DNA of 64,000 nt from Vicugna vicugna. Its lineage: Eukaryota. Positions 39,055 through 51,000 of this stretch are shown in pieces. The notes beneath the pieces were generated by a model. That model was not told the origin of the DNA. It did no database searches and saw only the letters and a list, made by a program, of their open reading frames with translations. The position numbers and the translations under genes are program-made. The DNA is taken from positions 488,678-552,677 of the forward strand of contig MU058531.1 of NCBI GenBank assembly GCA_013265495.1. Direction: 5' to 3'. Position 1 is the first letter of the stretch; each line of letters starts with the position of its first letter.

Positions 39055-40698
39055 CACAAGGATAGAAGGGAAGGAGGAGGATTTGCATTAGGCTCGCCGG
39101 GCTCTAGAGCCAGAAAGATTTTTGCCTGTTTTCTGTCAGGTAGGAGTTTGCTCACACAGCATCGCTCCTTGTTTACATTACGGCTTCTAGCAAAGCTTTC
39201 CTCTTGCGATATGTAAAGATGAATTAGGTGAACTTTGAAAATCCCTTTTCTCTCTCGAGAAAATTTTGTTTTCAAGACCGTTGCCCATTCCAAGTTTTAC
39301 AGGCGAGTAAACTTCACCCATGAGGCAGGAAGTCAACGTACTCTCTTGAGGCAGAAGGCTGCAATACCACAGTGGTCTGCAGCTGGTGCAGAAAAAGAGG
39401 CCCATCGGGTCCTCAGTCCCCAGCCTGCCTCGTGTGACCTCCACCAGGGCAGCTTTCTGACCTCTCCCCAGTGGGGGTCCACTCTCAGGCTACAGTCTGC
39501 TCACCCCTCCAAGTCTTTCAGTTTGTATTATAACATCTTCCCCCATTGTCTCCTGTTTTCTCTTCTACCTCTAGACTATGAATCCGTCTAGGGCTGTAAA
39601 TTACTTAGACGCAACGCCATGACATTTTGGATTGCTATCTTATTCCTATCTTTATGACAGCTGTCCACTGTTAGACAATGCAGTCGGGGAGAGCTACTCT
39701 CCCTACAGTAGGAAGCTCTGGGGGGCGCAGAGTTCAGCCAAGTATGTTCCGCTGTCTTCCTCAGTAACTCACCTGAGTTAGGGCAAATAAAGCATTGAGC
39801 TTCCACTACAGACTACAAGGATCAGAGCTTCATCTTTCACAGAAGAGGGAAAGGGGGATGTCTCCAAATTTCTGAACACAAGGATAGAAGGGAAGGAGGA
39901 GGATTTGCATTAGGCTCGCCGGGCTCTAGAGCCAGAAAGATTTTTGCCTGTTTTCTGTCAGGTAGGAGTTTGCTCACACAGCATCGCTCCTTGTTTACAT
40001 TACGGCTTCTAGCAAAGCTTTCCTCTTGCGATATGTAAAGATGAATTAGGTGAACTTTGAAAATCCCTTTTCTCTCTCGAGAAAATTTTGTTTTCAAGAC
40101 CGTTGCCCATTCCAAGTTTTACAGGCGAGTAAACTTCACCCATGAGGCAGGAAGTCAACGTACTCTCTTGAGGCAGAAGGCTGCAATACCACAGTGGTCT
40201 GCAGCTGGTGCAGAAAAAGAGGCCCATCGGGTCCTCAGTCCCCAGCCTGCCTCGTGTGACCTCCACCAGGGCAGCTTGCTGACCTCTCCCCAGTGGGGGT
40301 CCACTCTCAGGCTACAGTCTGCTCACCCCTCCAAGTCTTTCAGTTTGTATTATAACATCTTCCCCCATTGTCTCCTGTTTTCTCTTCTACCTCTAGACTA
40401 TGAATCCGTCTAGGGCTGTAAATTACTTAGACGCAACGCCATGACATTTTGGATTGCTATCTTATTCCTATCTTTATGACAGCTGTCCACTGTTAGACAA
40501 TGCAGTCGGGGAGAGCTACTCTCCCTACAGTAGGAAGCTCTGGGGGGCGCAGAGTTCAGCCAAGTATGTTCCGCTGTCTTCCTCAGTAACTCACCTGAGT
40601 TAGGGCAAATAAAGCATTGAGCTTCCACTACAGACTACAAGGATCAGAGCTTCATCTTTCACAGAAGAGGGAAAGGGGGATGTCTCCAAATTTCTGAA
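39055..40698. repeat. Direct tandem duplication, 2 x 822 bp (39055-39876, 39877-40698)
   Basis: Both copies start cacaaggatagaaggg and end ccaaatttctgaa. The ORF track repeats at offset 822. The only difference I saw is T39456 vs G40278. Confidence 0.97.
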
Positions 40699-40846
40699 AT
40701 CTGTTGTAAAACTGCATTTTCAAAGGGAGAGAAGAAATACTTACAAGGAGAAAAAAAAGACTGCTAAGATTTATGACCTATGTTTTTCAACAATTATTTA
40801 AGGATTCCTTAAACGTTTCTGCTTACGGAAAGGACGATGGATACTT

Positions 40847-40872
40847 GTGTGTGTGTGTGTGTGTGTGTGTGT
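40847..40872. repeat. (TG)n microsatellite
   Basis: Uninterrupted tg run. Confidence 0.95.
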
Positions 40873-41067
40873 ATGGAAACGTGTTATTTGCTTGATATCT
40901 CATGCTTTAGTTTAAAAATGTATGAGAACACTTTTATTCTAACTACAATATATCTTTGTTCTAAGAGAAAAGAACGACTTCATAGGTAAAGGTAATTTTT
41001 TCCACACTGTATCTTTTGGTAGGACCCAAGGTTGAGAATCACTGCCTCCTCCTCTTTACTGAAGAGA

Positions 41068-41507
41068 GTGTGGGGAAGAAATGGCTAGCTGTCCACCAGG
41101 ATTCATGCTCTCCTTCCATAGTGTAGAGTCATTTTGGGGAAGGGGAATGCATTTCTCATCAGTCACCTCTGCCGTCACCTTCTCTACCAGCATCTGAATC
41201 CGGACACGTGACTTGTTCTTGCCAGTGAACTGTGTGCAGAAGAAATGTTCATTCTAGGTGTTCCACTGTGATTAAGAAGCAGGTTTGCCTTCCCCACTTT
41301 CCACAGTATGCGTGGAAACATTGTGTTGAAGATGGAAGAATGATAAAAGGGAATGAGCTAAGGTTCATCAGTCACTGCGTGGAAGGTGCCTACCCAGTAC
41401 CCACGCTGGACTGTTGCATGAGAAAGAAATACTCTTAACAGTGTGTTCATCCACTGAGGCTCTGGTATTCATTTGTTACAGCAGCTGGAGTTGCCTTAAA
41501 TAATACA
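41068..41507 (+). mobile_element. MaLR LTR (MLT1J-like)
   Basis: tgtggggaagaaatggctagctgtccacc...cacgtgacttgttcttgccagtg...ggactgttgcatgagaaagaaata...atttgttacagcagc...taataca. Confidence 0.8.
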
Positions 41508-42004
41508 AAGTGTGTATAGAATTTAGAATCCAAGCATTGCAAATCTGTCTAGATTAAAATAGGTCGCTGGGCAAATCAGCTTGGGAGACATCCACCGCTA
41601 GCAAGGCAAGGGGTGGACCGTGGGGAATTCTACCTTCTGACCATTCCTCCCCCAGTGCAGGGCGTGAAGGAGAACCTCTGCTTCAGTGAGGTAATGTAAA
41701 CACAATACCTGCACACAGGGTGTTACCATGAATATCTGTTGACTATTAGTCTACAGTGAATCTGCGGGTATGACATCGTTTATTCCTTTTATGCAAATAT
41801 TTTGTAGCAGTCAATAGATGTTCATTTAATCCCTGTTGTGAGTCAAGTGCTTGGCCTCTCAGGACTTGGCTAAGAAGCAAGGGCTCACCTCCAAGGCAGG
41901 GCTAACTACTGGAGGTCCAGCCAAGAGCTGCCAGGTACCCATGGCCTCTTGCAATTCCACTTCAGATCCCAAGGACCTAGGGCCTTGATTGTAGGGCTGA
42001 ATCC

Positions 42005-42215
42005 ATTTCTTCCCCCATCTCAGCTGTTTTATCTCTCAATTTCCCTTCCCATCTTTTCCCCTCTTTTTTCCTTCTCTCTCTCCTCCCTCCCTCTTCCTCC
42101 TCTCCTACTTCCTTCTTCTTCCCCTTACCCCCTCCTACGTTATTCCCTTTGGCTCCTCTTCTTTCCTCACCTGTTCTTTCTCAGCCTCACCTTGACTTCT
42201 GCCTTTCCACCTCTG
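42005..42215. repeat. Pyrimidine-rich low-complexity tract
   Basis: About 200 bp of mostly C/T; it explains ORF 41949..42245. Confidence 0.85.
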
Positions 42216-42439
42216 CTTGGTGTTTCAGATGCTAGAAGCTTCTAGTTCTATATCAAAGACTCAATCTTAGTAAACTCTGCTGCAGCTTCCTAGAAGAAAA
42301 GGTCAATTCTGTCTCCACTGGTCCTAGTTACAAGTAATAACATCTATGAAATACTAGTTTGGACCTTTCAAGGAGCTTTGACTTTGATGAGTGTTATTCT
42401 GGTGAAGATATTCAAGAACCACAGAATATTAAAGGGACC

Positions 42440-42610
42440 CACACTGAAGGGAGACTGGAGGTCATATAATTCACCAGTCTTTTCCTTTGACAAATGACAA
42501 AATTGATACCAAGAGAGGGAAAGTGGTTTTCCCCAGACCCCAAAGCCAGCTTGGGTCAGAACTAAGGCAAGGACCCAGCTCCCTACCCTAAGCGCTCTTT
42601 CCATTACCCA
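42440..42610 (-). mobile_element. MIR SINE
   Basis: gaagggagactggaggtcatataattcacc...tttgacaaatgacaaaattgataccaagagaggg...gctctttccattaccc. Confidence 0.65.
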
Positions 42611-42743
42611 GTGATTCACATTTGATTGACCACATACTGCCAAAGAGCATGGGAATATTTTAAGTGGAACTTGAGGCTTTCATAACAGAAAGCAAAGCAA
42701 CTTTATTCACAATAAGGCCTCTGCAATTAAAAATCTACCATAA

Positions 42744-42865
42744 TGGTGGAGGGTACAGCTCAGTAGTGGAGCACATGCTTAGCATGCATGAGGTCCTGGG
42801 TTTAATCCCCAGTACCCCCATTAAATAAACTAATAAATCTTGTTACCTCCCCCACAAAAAAATTT
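42744..42865 (+). mobile_element. tRNA-Ala(AGC)-derived SINE (camelid vic-1-like) with perfect TSD
   Basis: Head agctcagtagtggagcacatgcttagcatgcatgaggtcctgggtttaatcccc and tail aataaatcttgttacctcccccacaaaaaaa. Exact flanking repeat ttaaaaatctaccataa at 42727-42743 and 42866-42882. Confidence 0.93.
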
Positions 42866-43039
42866 TTAAAAATCTACCATAAAAGTGGAATATGGGAGAG
42901 GATCCTATACATATTTAAATATCCTCTTCAGGAAAAAGTATTGATTGTTTCAAGAGGAAACTAAACTCTTTGATAATGGGTGGACAAGAGATTGTAAGAA
43001 TCATCGTACTTCATTAATTAGATGATTCTTGGTCCATGC

Positions 43040-43260
43040 TTGACATTCTTAGGGAAGCTGATCACCTCTTCACAGGTTGGTGACCACCTCCTCTCCGTAG
43101 CTGAAGTTCCCATTCATCATGATATCAGGCAATTTTACATCAGATCTTTAGAAAGCCATCCAAGTTGTTGATCTGAGTTGGCAGCTTCTTGATTTATGAA
43201 GACTGTTCTGTACAATGTGATCCAGTCTGCATTTATACTCCCGTCATCCATGCAGCCTGG
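43040..43260 (-). mobile_element. Possible ancient RTE-clade LINE fragment (MamRTE/L4-like)
   Basis: Frameshifted minus-strand translation gives DWIT..IKKL..QQLGWL..DVKLPDIMMNG/ELQLRRGGGHQPVKR*SASLR. This resembles the RTE ORF C-terminal pattern QLRW.GH..RLPK.LL.GEL..G.R..GRP.KRW.D.LK. Confidence 0.35.
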
Positions 43261-43394
43261 ACCCATTTTTGCTCAGTTCACATACTCTACTCATAGGAAA
43301 TCCTAATAATAGTGAAGACAACTTGCTGTTGATGCTCTGGCTAGCTACAAATCAGGATCAACATCTCCAGGTGAGGCTGGTGGTGATCTCATAC

Positions 43395-43660
43395 TTAAGG
43401 AGGCAGACAGCATGGCTTCCTGGCACAAAACTTAGTCTCTGTATTCATTCAGTTCTATTTGAATCCCTATTCTGACACTTTCTAGCTGTGTTATCTTGGA
43501 AAAGTTGCTTGACCTCTCTGATCCTGAAATTTCTTATCCTTACATTGATAATTATAATGGTATCTACTTAGGGTGTGTGTGTGTGTGTGGTGTTTGGAAT
43601 AAAGAAAAAATATGTGAAATGTGTGACTAGTGTGTGGTAGTTAGTGCTCACTAAATTTTA
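43395..43660 (+). mobile_element. MIR SINE with internal (TG)n
   Basis: tttgaatccctattctgacactttctagctgtgttatcttggaaaagttgcttgacctctctg...tagttagtgctcactaaat. Confidence 0.8.
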
Positions 43661-45804
43661 ATAGTTTATTAATTATTGTATTAAACATTACCATTATCAT
43701 CTCCCTCTCTTATTCTTCTCCCAAGTTTAAAAGAAGGTTATGCCTGTGAAAGCACCTAGTATAGCTAAGGTTTACTTATTTTATATCTGAAAAAGTTAAG
43801 ATGAGAGATATTCAAGACTTGATTCTGAATGACCTCTTCATTTTCCACAGTAACACTGAAAAGTCCATCCAATAAAGCTGGCTGAGCAGAGAAAATCAAC
43901 TACATCAATGTGTGTATATATATATTGAGTCCCAAACACGTATTATTCTGCTAAGAGCTTCACGGTTTTCTCATTTAATCTTTGTAGAGCCCTTCAGAGA
44001 ACTCAAGTAATTTGCTTATAGTCGTACAACTGGGAATGGACAAAGGTGCAATCTGAAATCTGACCTGTTTGAATTCTGAAGACCATGCCCTTTCTATAAA
44101 GCAATGTCACCCTTCACTGCACCAAACAAAACCACATGGAAGGAGAGACAGCCACTAGCACTCACCAAGGACATCATGGTTCTTCTTCCCTAACTGCAAT
44201 CAAAATGGCAATAGCGGTTGCTCCCCTAAGTGGACGCAGATTCCTAGAGTGCTCCCTAAAGATTCAAGACCTTGGTTTTCTCCTAACCAGTCCCTTGTCC
44301 CTCCTTTATGTTGTCCATCCTGACTTTGGATGATGGCACTAGCCCCTTGTGTCATCACTCAGCTCTGCTGCCTCTTCTAAGATGAGAACAAGACTAGAAT
44401 GGCCAAGGCCAAGGTGCTGAGGTCTGGTTGGGAAGACCTCAGGTCATACTGGGCTACTTCTGACCCCATGAGAAGATCTGGAAATTTGCCTGGCCCTCAG
44501 AGAACAAAATGGTCAAATCAAGACAGCTCATTATTTGTGTGTGGTGTGAAAGATCGAGGTAAACCGGGAAAATTAAGGCCAGATCTCAAATGCTTGTTTT
44601 CTATCATTTGTTTTGGGTCCCATCACAGAAGGCAGGACCACTTAACCATTGTAATTTGGCCTTGGGGTAATTTTTTTTTGAAATATAAAGTTTTTATCTT
44701 TTCAAAGGGGAACATTATTTCTTACTGTTTGTATCACAATTTAAATACCATTTATGCCCCTAAACCTTTCTTTTCCAATGTTCTTTGTCAACAGTTGAAG
44801 GTAAATAAAAATAACATTTGAATAATGCATGCTAATAAAATTCATAAAGAGTGTTTATAATAGAACTGAAAAATCAATGCCATTAAACCCCTACCCAGTC
44901 TAAAAACCCAAGTTCAAAACACATTATTATTTTAAGGACTGTGACATTTCCAAGCTGTTAGGATGTCTTAAACCCTTCCAGATAATATGACCTGAGATAT
45001 TAAATAATTACTTCTTTTGATTTTTTGTCCCTAGCTTTTCCAGGAATAAAGGGAAAGCCAATTATGCGAACGAGCCTGGGCAACTTGCTAAAAGGATCAC
45101 GAACCACGAGTGTTGTTCAGATGCCCGTATTTTATGTTAGATGCATCTCCTCAAAGAGGGGGAAATGGATCTCTAATTTTCCCTCAAGGAAGTTCACAGT
45201 GTGTATTTCAGCTCTCAGGGTTTTAAGCTCAGAACACAAGCCAAGTGCAAAACTAAAGGAGAGTTTTTTTTTGCAATTCCCGCAAACAAAGGGTCTCCAG
45301 ATATCAAGGACAGTATTATACAAATTTTTTTTTAAAAGCACATTCTATGCAAGTAATGAACTAGAGAAAATTAAAGAGAAATTCAGCACTTCAGTTTTTC
45401 TTGGTCTTGAACTTCTCAGATATTTGTCCAAATATTTGTTGCACTTGGCATAAGGAGACACAGCCATCATTTTGTTGAGAGAAAAGTAACTTCTGGATTT
45501 CTTTAGTTCATCTGTTAACTTATTTTATGGTTCAGCATGAGCTGAGTGATGAAGCCATTCATAGAATCCAACCCCACGTAGGGGTCAAAGCCACCAACCT
45601 GGGACTACAGAAACTTGTCTTCTATTCAAGTCAGCTAAACACAATGAAAAAACAAGGGAACAAGAGCTGAGTAACTCAGGAAAAAGATGAATTCTGTGCA
45701 CTAAATATGAATCTAGCATGCCAGCTGGTGAGGAGTTGGGGAAACTAAACACTACTACTGTTGGTTTTAAAATCGTGGAAGCTAAAACTTGCCATCGCAT
45801 TCAG

Positions 45805-46020
45805 CTAACATTTATTGAGTACCTACTGCACACTAGGGCCCATGCTAAGCACTTCCTCTATATCACCTCCTTTCATCTTCACCGGAACTCTGCAAAATAA
45901 GAAGAGTTATAGATTATTTTACAGAGGAGGAAATTGATATGCCTCCGGGTTAAATGAAAGGTTTCAAGGCCTTGCACCTGCTGAATCTAATCTGGTTTCG
46001 AATCAGGGTTTCCTGACTCA
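45805..46020 (-). mobile_element. MIR SINE
   Basis: gctaacatttattgagtacctactg...catgctaagcactt...attttacagaggaggaaattga. Confidence 0.8.
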
Positions 46021-46024
46021 ACTC

Positions 46025-46300
46025 AAGGTCATTTCTCCCAGACGCAGACCTGAGCCAAGTCTGAGGGCAAGTGATTTTAAAGAGAAGGTGCTCCCAGGAG
46101 TAGGGGAGCAGGATAGGGATGGACAGGAAACCAGACAAAGGTGCAACTTCAAGTAAAGCCTCAGAGTTAGATTTTGCTTTGAGGCAAGTTAGCCAAGATT
46201 TTGTGCTCCCTCGTCAGCTCGTCTGTGGCTGGCCCAGCACTTCCCTGTCTCCATAGCTACCCTCTTAGGTAGGAGCATTTAGTGGCAAAGCAAGCAGAAG
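46025..46300 (-). mobile_element. LTR16-like ERVL LTR fragment
   Basis: cccagacgcagacctgagccaagtctgagggcaagtgattttaaagagaagg resembles the reverse LTR16 3' end. Confidence 0.4.
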
Positions 46301-47257
46301 TCGGGTGCACAGAAGAGCTGGAAGAATGTCACCAGAGCCTACAATAAGCTCCAGGACTTCCTGCTGGATATGTGTGTGTATAATGTTGGAATAAAACTTT
46401 TTTCCCCCAAAATTATGGAAACAAAAGTGTAACATAACAACAGCACCCAAAGCAAGACAAACACAAGGAAGAGGCATGTTCCAGAGGGCCTCTTCAAAGA
46501 TTGCACAGTTAGGCCATTTCTTAAGTTCCAACAGAAAGAACCATTTTTGTAAGACCTGTGGCTTCACAGAGTCTGTGTGTGCAATATCTTTCCCCCGAAG
46601 GGAAAAGGAGACTATTTTTGTTACTGTTTTGTTTCCGCCGCCTCTTAATTTCACAGGTTTGAAAGCCTATATTTGGATGAACCAATGGTTTGTTGGTGAA
46701 ATAAGTCAAGCAGGAACAACTCTACTTCTATTTCTTAGTAATGAATTATTTGTACTCACATCTTGCTAATATTTTTAAGACGTCCCTTTCCTTCTACAAC
46801 TTCTCTCCACGTCTTTAGTTCTACTGGATGCATAATTTTTCTGGTCAATAGTTGAAACAATGACATTTACTTGAATGAGCTGCGTTAACACTTCTTTAGT
46901 GTCAGCCCTCACTTTACCAGTTACTCCTGGGAGCATACCTGCTCTAAGGCCCCTCTTGTAACGGAGGGATACCATCATCTCTACCTCTTTTCTCCCGTTC
47001 CAAGCGCTATTATGGGCTGTGAACTTGTGTGCCACCCCCAGGCAGGAAACAGGCTAGCTGTGTTCAACACTGTGATGGACTTTCAGTGGGAACCAGAACT
47101 GCAACCAGTCTGTTGTGAATCTTCCACTAAGAACAGTAAGTGTTTGCTGAGAGTGAATAAATCCTCTCTGTGCTATGAGCTGCGTGCTGTGTTCCATTTA
47201 GCTAACCTAGCAAATTACACATAATGCATGATGTTTTTTCAAAAATATTTTAATATA

Positions 47258-48082
47258 TTTTTTCCTTTTTATGTATTTATTTGTTAATTGAAGTTGATTT
47301 ATAATGTGTTAGTTTCTGGTATACAGCATAGTGATTCAGTTACACATTTATATATTCTTTCTCATATTCTTTCTTCATTATAGGCCATTACAAGGTATTG
47401 AACATAGCTCCCTGTACTATACAGTAGGACTTTTTTGTCTATCTATTTTATATATAGTAGTTTGTATCTGCAAATCACAAACTCCCATTTTATCCCTACC
47501 CACCTCTTTCTATCCTGGTAACCGTAAATTTGTTTTCTATGTCTGTGAGTTTATTTCTGTTTTGTAAATAAGTTCATGTCATTTTTTTTTCAGATTCCAC
47601 ATGTAAGTGATATCATATGATATTTGTCTTTCTGACTTCCTTCACTTAGTATGATGATCTCTAAGTACATCTGGGTTGCTGTAAATGGCATTATTTCATT
47701 TTTATGGCTGAGTAGTATTCCATTGTGTGTGTCTATGTGTGTGTATATACATATATACATACACACACACATAGACACACACAGACACACACACCCACCT
47801 CAACTTCTTTATCCAGTCATCTGGAGATATATATATATATATATATGTTGTTTCCAGGTCTTGGCTATTGTAAATAGTGCTGCTATGAACATTGGGGTGC
47901 ATGTATCTTTTCAAATTAGAGTTTCCTCTGGGTATATGCCCAGGAGTGGGATTGCTGGATCATATAGTAAGTCTATTTTAGTTTTTTAAGGAATCTCCAT
48001 ACTGTTTTCCATAATGGCTGAGCCAAACTACATTCCCAACAACAGTCTAGGAGGGTTCCCTTTTCTCACACCCTCTCCAGCA
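47258..48082 (-). mobile_element. 5'-truncated LINE-1
   Basis: T-rich tail, then the reverse 3'UTR and ORF2 end (ORF 47651..47989 is the antisense of L1 ORF2). Ends ttctcacaccctctccagca. Confidence 0.95.
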
Positions 48083-51000
48083 ATTCATAATATAGTTTTA
48101 ATGCTAACTTTCCATCCCTCTTCCAAAAGGATTGGTCAGGATGTCTCTGACCCTGTCTCATTTGTGTCCTTATCTTTCAATGTCATCCATGTTCTCCATC
48201 ATTCATTGATCCCCATCCTGGCTCATTCTGTTCATTCCATTTTCCATGCTTTTCTGTGTCAGAATTGGTCCTTCATCTTGATAAGGCTTTATTCTACAGA
48301 GAATTCTCTCTCTCTGTAGTTGCTTTCTGTAGAGGGCTGCCTTCGGCTTTCCCCAAGTCAGCTTACACCATTCTTTGGTATAAGAACAAAAGGAAAGTTG
48401 GTCCTCTTCAACACACGCTGTACAACCAGCCAACCATAACCACCAGCTACACCGGAAATAGCTTCCTTCTCCTGCACAGTACATTTTTTGATGTAGGCCC
48501 TCTGAGTGATGGTATCAGTGCGTGAGGGTACGTGTGTTGGGGGGGTCTAAAGTGCCTGCATTTTGAGAAGGGATAGAACAAGTTCTAGGTTTAGCAGCAC
48601 CTGGAATATCTCCCTCCCAGTGCAGGAAGTGTTGATTCTCTGTCCAGTTGTGCATGTGCATCGGGAAGAATGCCTTGCTTTTACGGTCACCCCGTGTGGG
48701 CTTTGTGGAGATGCTGTGAATGTGGGCAGGGTCAGAGGCTCAGAGCTCACTTATGCATGTCTACCTATGTTACCACTCCACATGGAAATGTAACCTAGGA
48801 ATTATAATCACATTCTGGGCCACTTTCCAGAATCTCTGCTCATATAAAGCTGACAAATAGGGAAACTGACTGATTTCTTTTAATAATCAGTACACTTGAT
48901 GAAATACAACCTACCTGTCACTTACTACTAATCAAACATGAGAGTTTCAAAGTTTCTGTGACTTTAGAAAAGGCACTTATGCCTAATTTATAATCAGTTC
49001 CAGAAATGCAAGAGACATTCCATAGATCAAGTACAAGATAGTCAAACTAGGATACATTAACATCAAATTTAACTATATTTTTAAGTCATATGAAGCGATA
49101 AATTGAGATGCATTAGTAACTGGAGAGAAGCTGAGAAATGTGAGGCATCTGAAAAGACATTTATCATCACAAATGCAATTTACTATCAAATAATACTGAT
49201 TGCTTCCACTATAGAAGCAGCCAGATTCTGATAAAGGGGAGAAATATTTCATAAGTACTTTTATAAAGATGCTAAAATATTGTATACCTCTTTCTACTTT
49301 CAACTGGATGAAGAACTGAACTCTTATTCTCATATTAAAAGCTCTTTGTCACTCTCCTCCTATAAATCATTTCTCATTGCTTGAAATGTGGACCAATTCG
49401 TAGGCACATACCCTGGTTTTTTGTTGATGTTGCTATGGGCTAAAATTCCCCACAAGGCTTTCAAAGAAAATTCAGCTATGATGCATTAAAACACAAAACA
49501 AAACAAAACTACAGAGGTCGAGTCCCTTAGCATAGAGATAGTTTGCATTTCAGAAGTAATTTCATAAAAAGCAATCATGATAGTAAAACACCATACATAC
49601 CACTATATTGTTTTTAATGCAGCATCTAAAATGATTTAGCTTGGATTTTAGAAGCAAGCCATGCAGAAATCAGACCCAAAACTAATTTTACTTTTCCTAA
49701 AAATAATGTCAAGTGGATTCCGATTAAAAGGGATAGAGAAATCCGTTGGTCATTGTCATCCATCTTGAAGGTAGACACGATCAGACGTTAACTGGCTCCC
49801 GGCAAAGCCTGATCTTCCTGTGGCCAATTCACATCTGTGTTTCTCCTCATTGTTCTACCTTTAGATGAATCTCTGGTTACTACTATCTTTTTTGAGGGGA
49901 TTAACTAGGATTTCAGAACTTCACTTTTTTTTTCCCTAATTACAATCTCCTCAAATATATGAGCAGTTTCACATTCTAAAAAGTCAGATCAAATCAAATG
50001 AAACAGAACTGCTCACTGTCTTAGCTTACCAAGGACACAAATCTCAAGCATCTTAAGATGGTAAAAGGAAGGAGAATATGGTGAGATTCCTAAAGGTTAT
50101 GTAAATAAATGTCTTTGATTCTCTCAAGATGAGAGAGCCCTGAGCCTTGGTCAGGGGTGAGAATGTAGCATCCTTATTGCTTGCACAGATATTTGAGACC
50201 GGACTTTAAGAATGAAATGAGTTCACCGTCATCAACAGTTGAAGATAAAATTCTGTTAGCAATCCCCAAATTAAAAAATAAACAACTCTATATGCCTACC
50301 TATCTACCTATCATCTAATTTTGTTCATTATTCTATAAAGAAAAATTTAAGACTTCAGAATGGGAAAAAGAGTCCTAGACATCCATTCTGTGGAATGTGG
50401 GAGTCTCGGCATAGTCTGCTCTTACCGGGATGTGCGCCTTTATCTTTCACTAGGCTGTTACACGATGCTGTAGAAAAAGACATTCACTTGTAGAAAGTGA
50501 ATGGTAATCCAAATATTTCCTCTTAGCTCTGTAAAGGATTCCTGTTCATGGTAGTGAAAATGAATTTTGTCCTGTAGAGAATATAAATCTCTGTAAATCA
50601 AACCCTCATTTGAACCAGTTCTCTCCTTTACTTGCTCCCTTATTAATGTGTCCAGAATTATTTTTGACGTGTGTTTAATTTATATCTATATGAGAATCAT
50701 AATTTTATGTCTGTTAGAGGACTGTCCTTTAACAATACTGAGTAAGGGACTTCTTTTCCTTTTTAGAGTGAAAATGATTCTGGAGGAAGGGCAGTGATGC
50801 CAGTCTGAGCAGAATCACTTGGTACCATGAGTGGAATCCTTTTGCAGAATACCAGAAGTAGCTGGGATAGTGTAGGGACGGGGCAGAGCTGAAGGCATTG
50901 TGATACTGGAGCAATGAGCCAGTTTTGTTCTACACACACACTGTTGTAGGGGTGTGTGACACCAATATGCTTACGAGGAAGAGAAAAGGAGAGAGGAAAG

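Noticed and set aside
39235..40413. Duplicated 118-aa ORFs as a paralogous gene pair
   Set aside because: Non-ATG start and no homology recognised. The repetition only reflects the 822-bp duplication.
42744..42825. Functional tRNA-Ala gene (also the head at 12594)
   Set aside because: Acceptor stem and T-loop are degenerate, and there is a SINE tail and TSD. It is a retroposed SINE.
42996..43030. 10-bp perfect inverted repeat aagaatcatc/gatgattctt
   Set aside because: A few such stems are expected by chance, and it is too short for a pre-miRNA.
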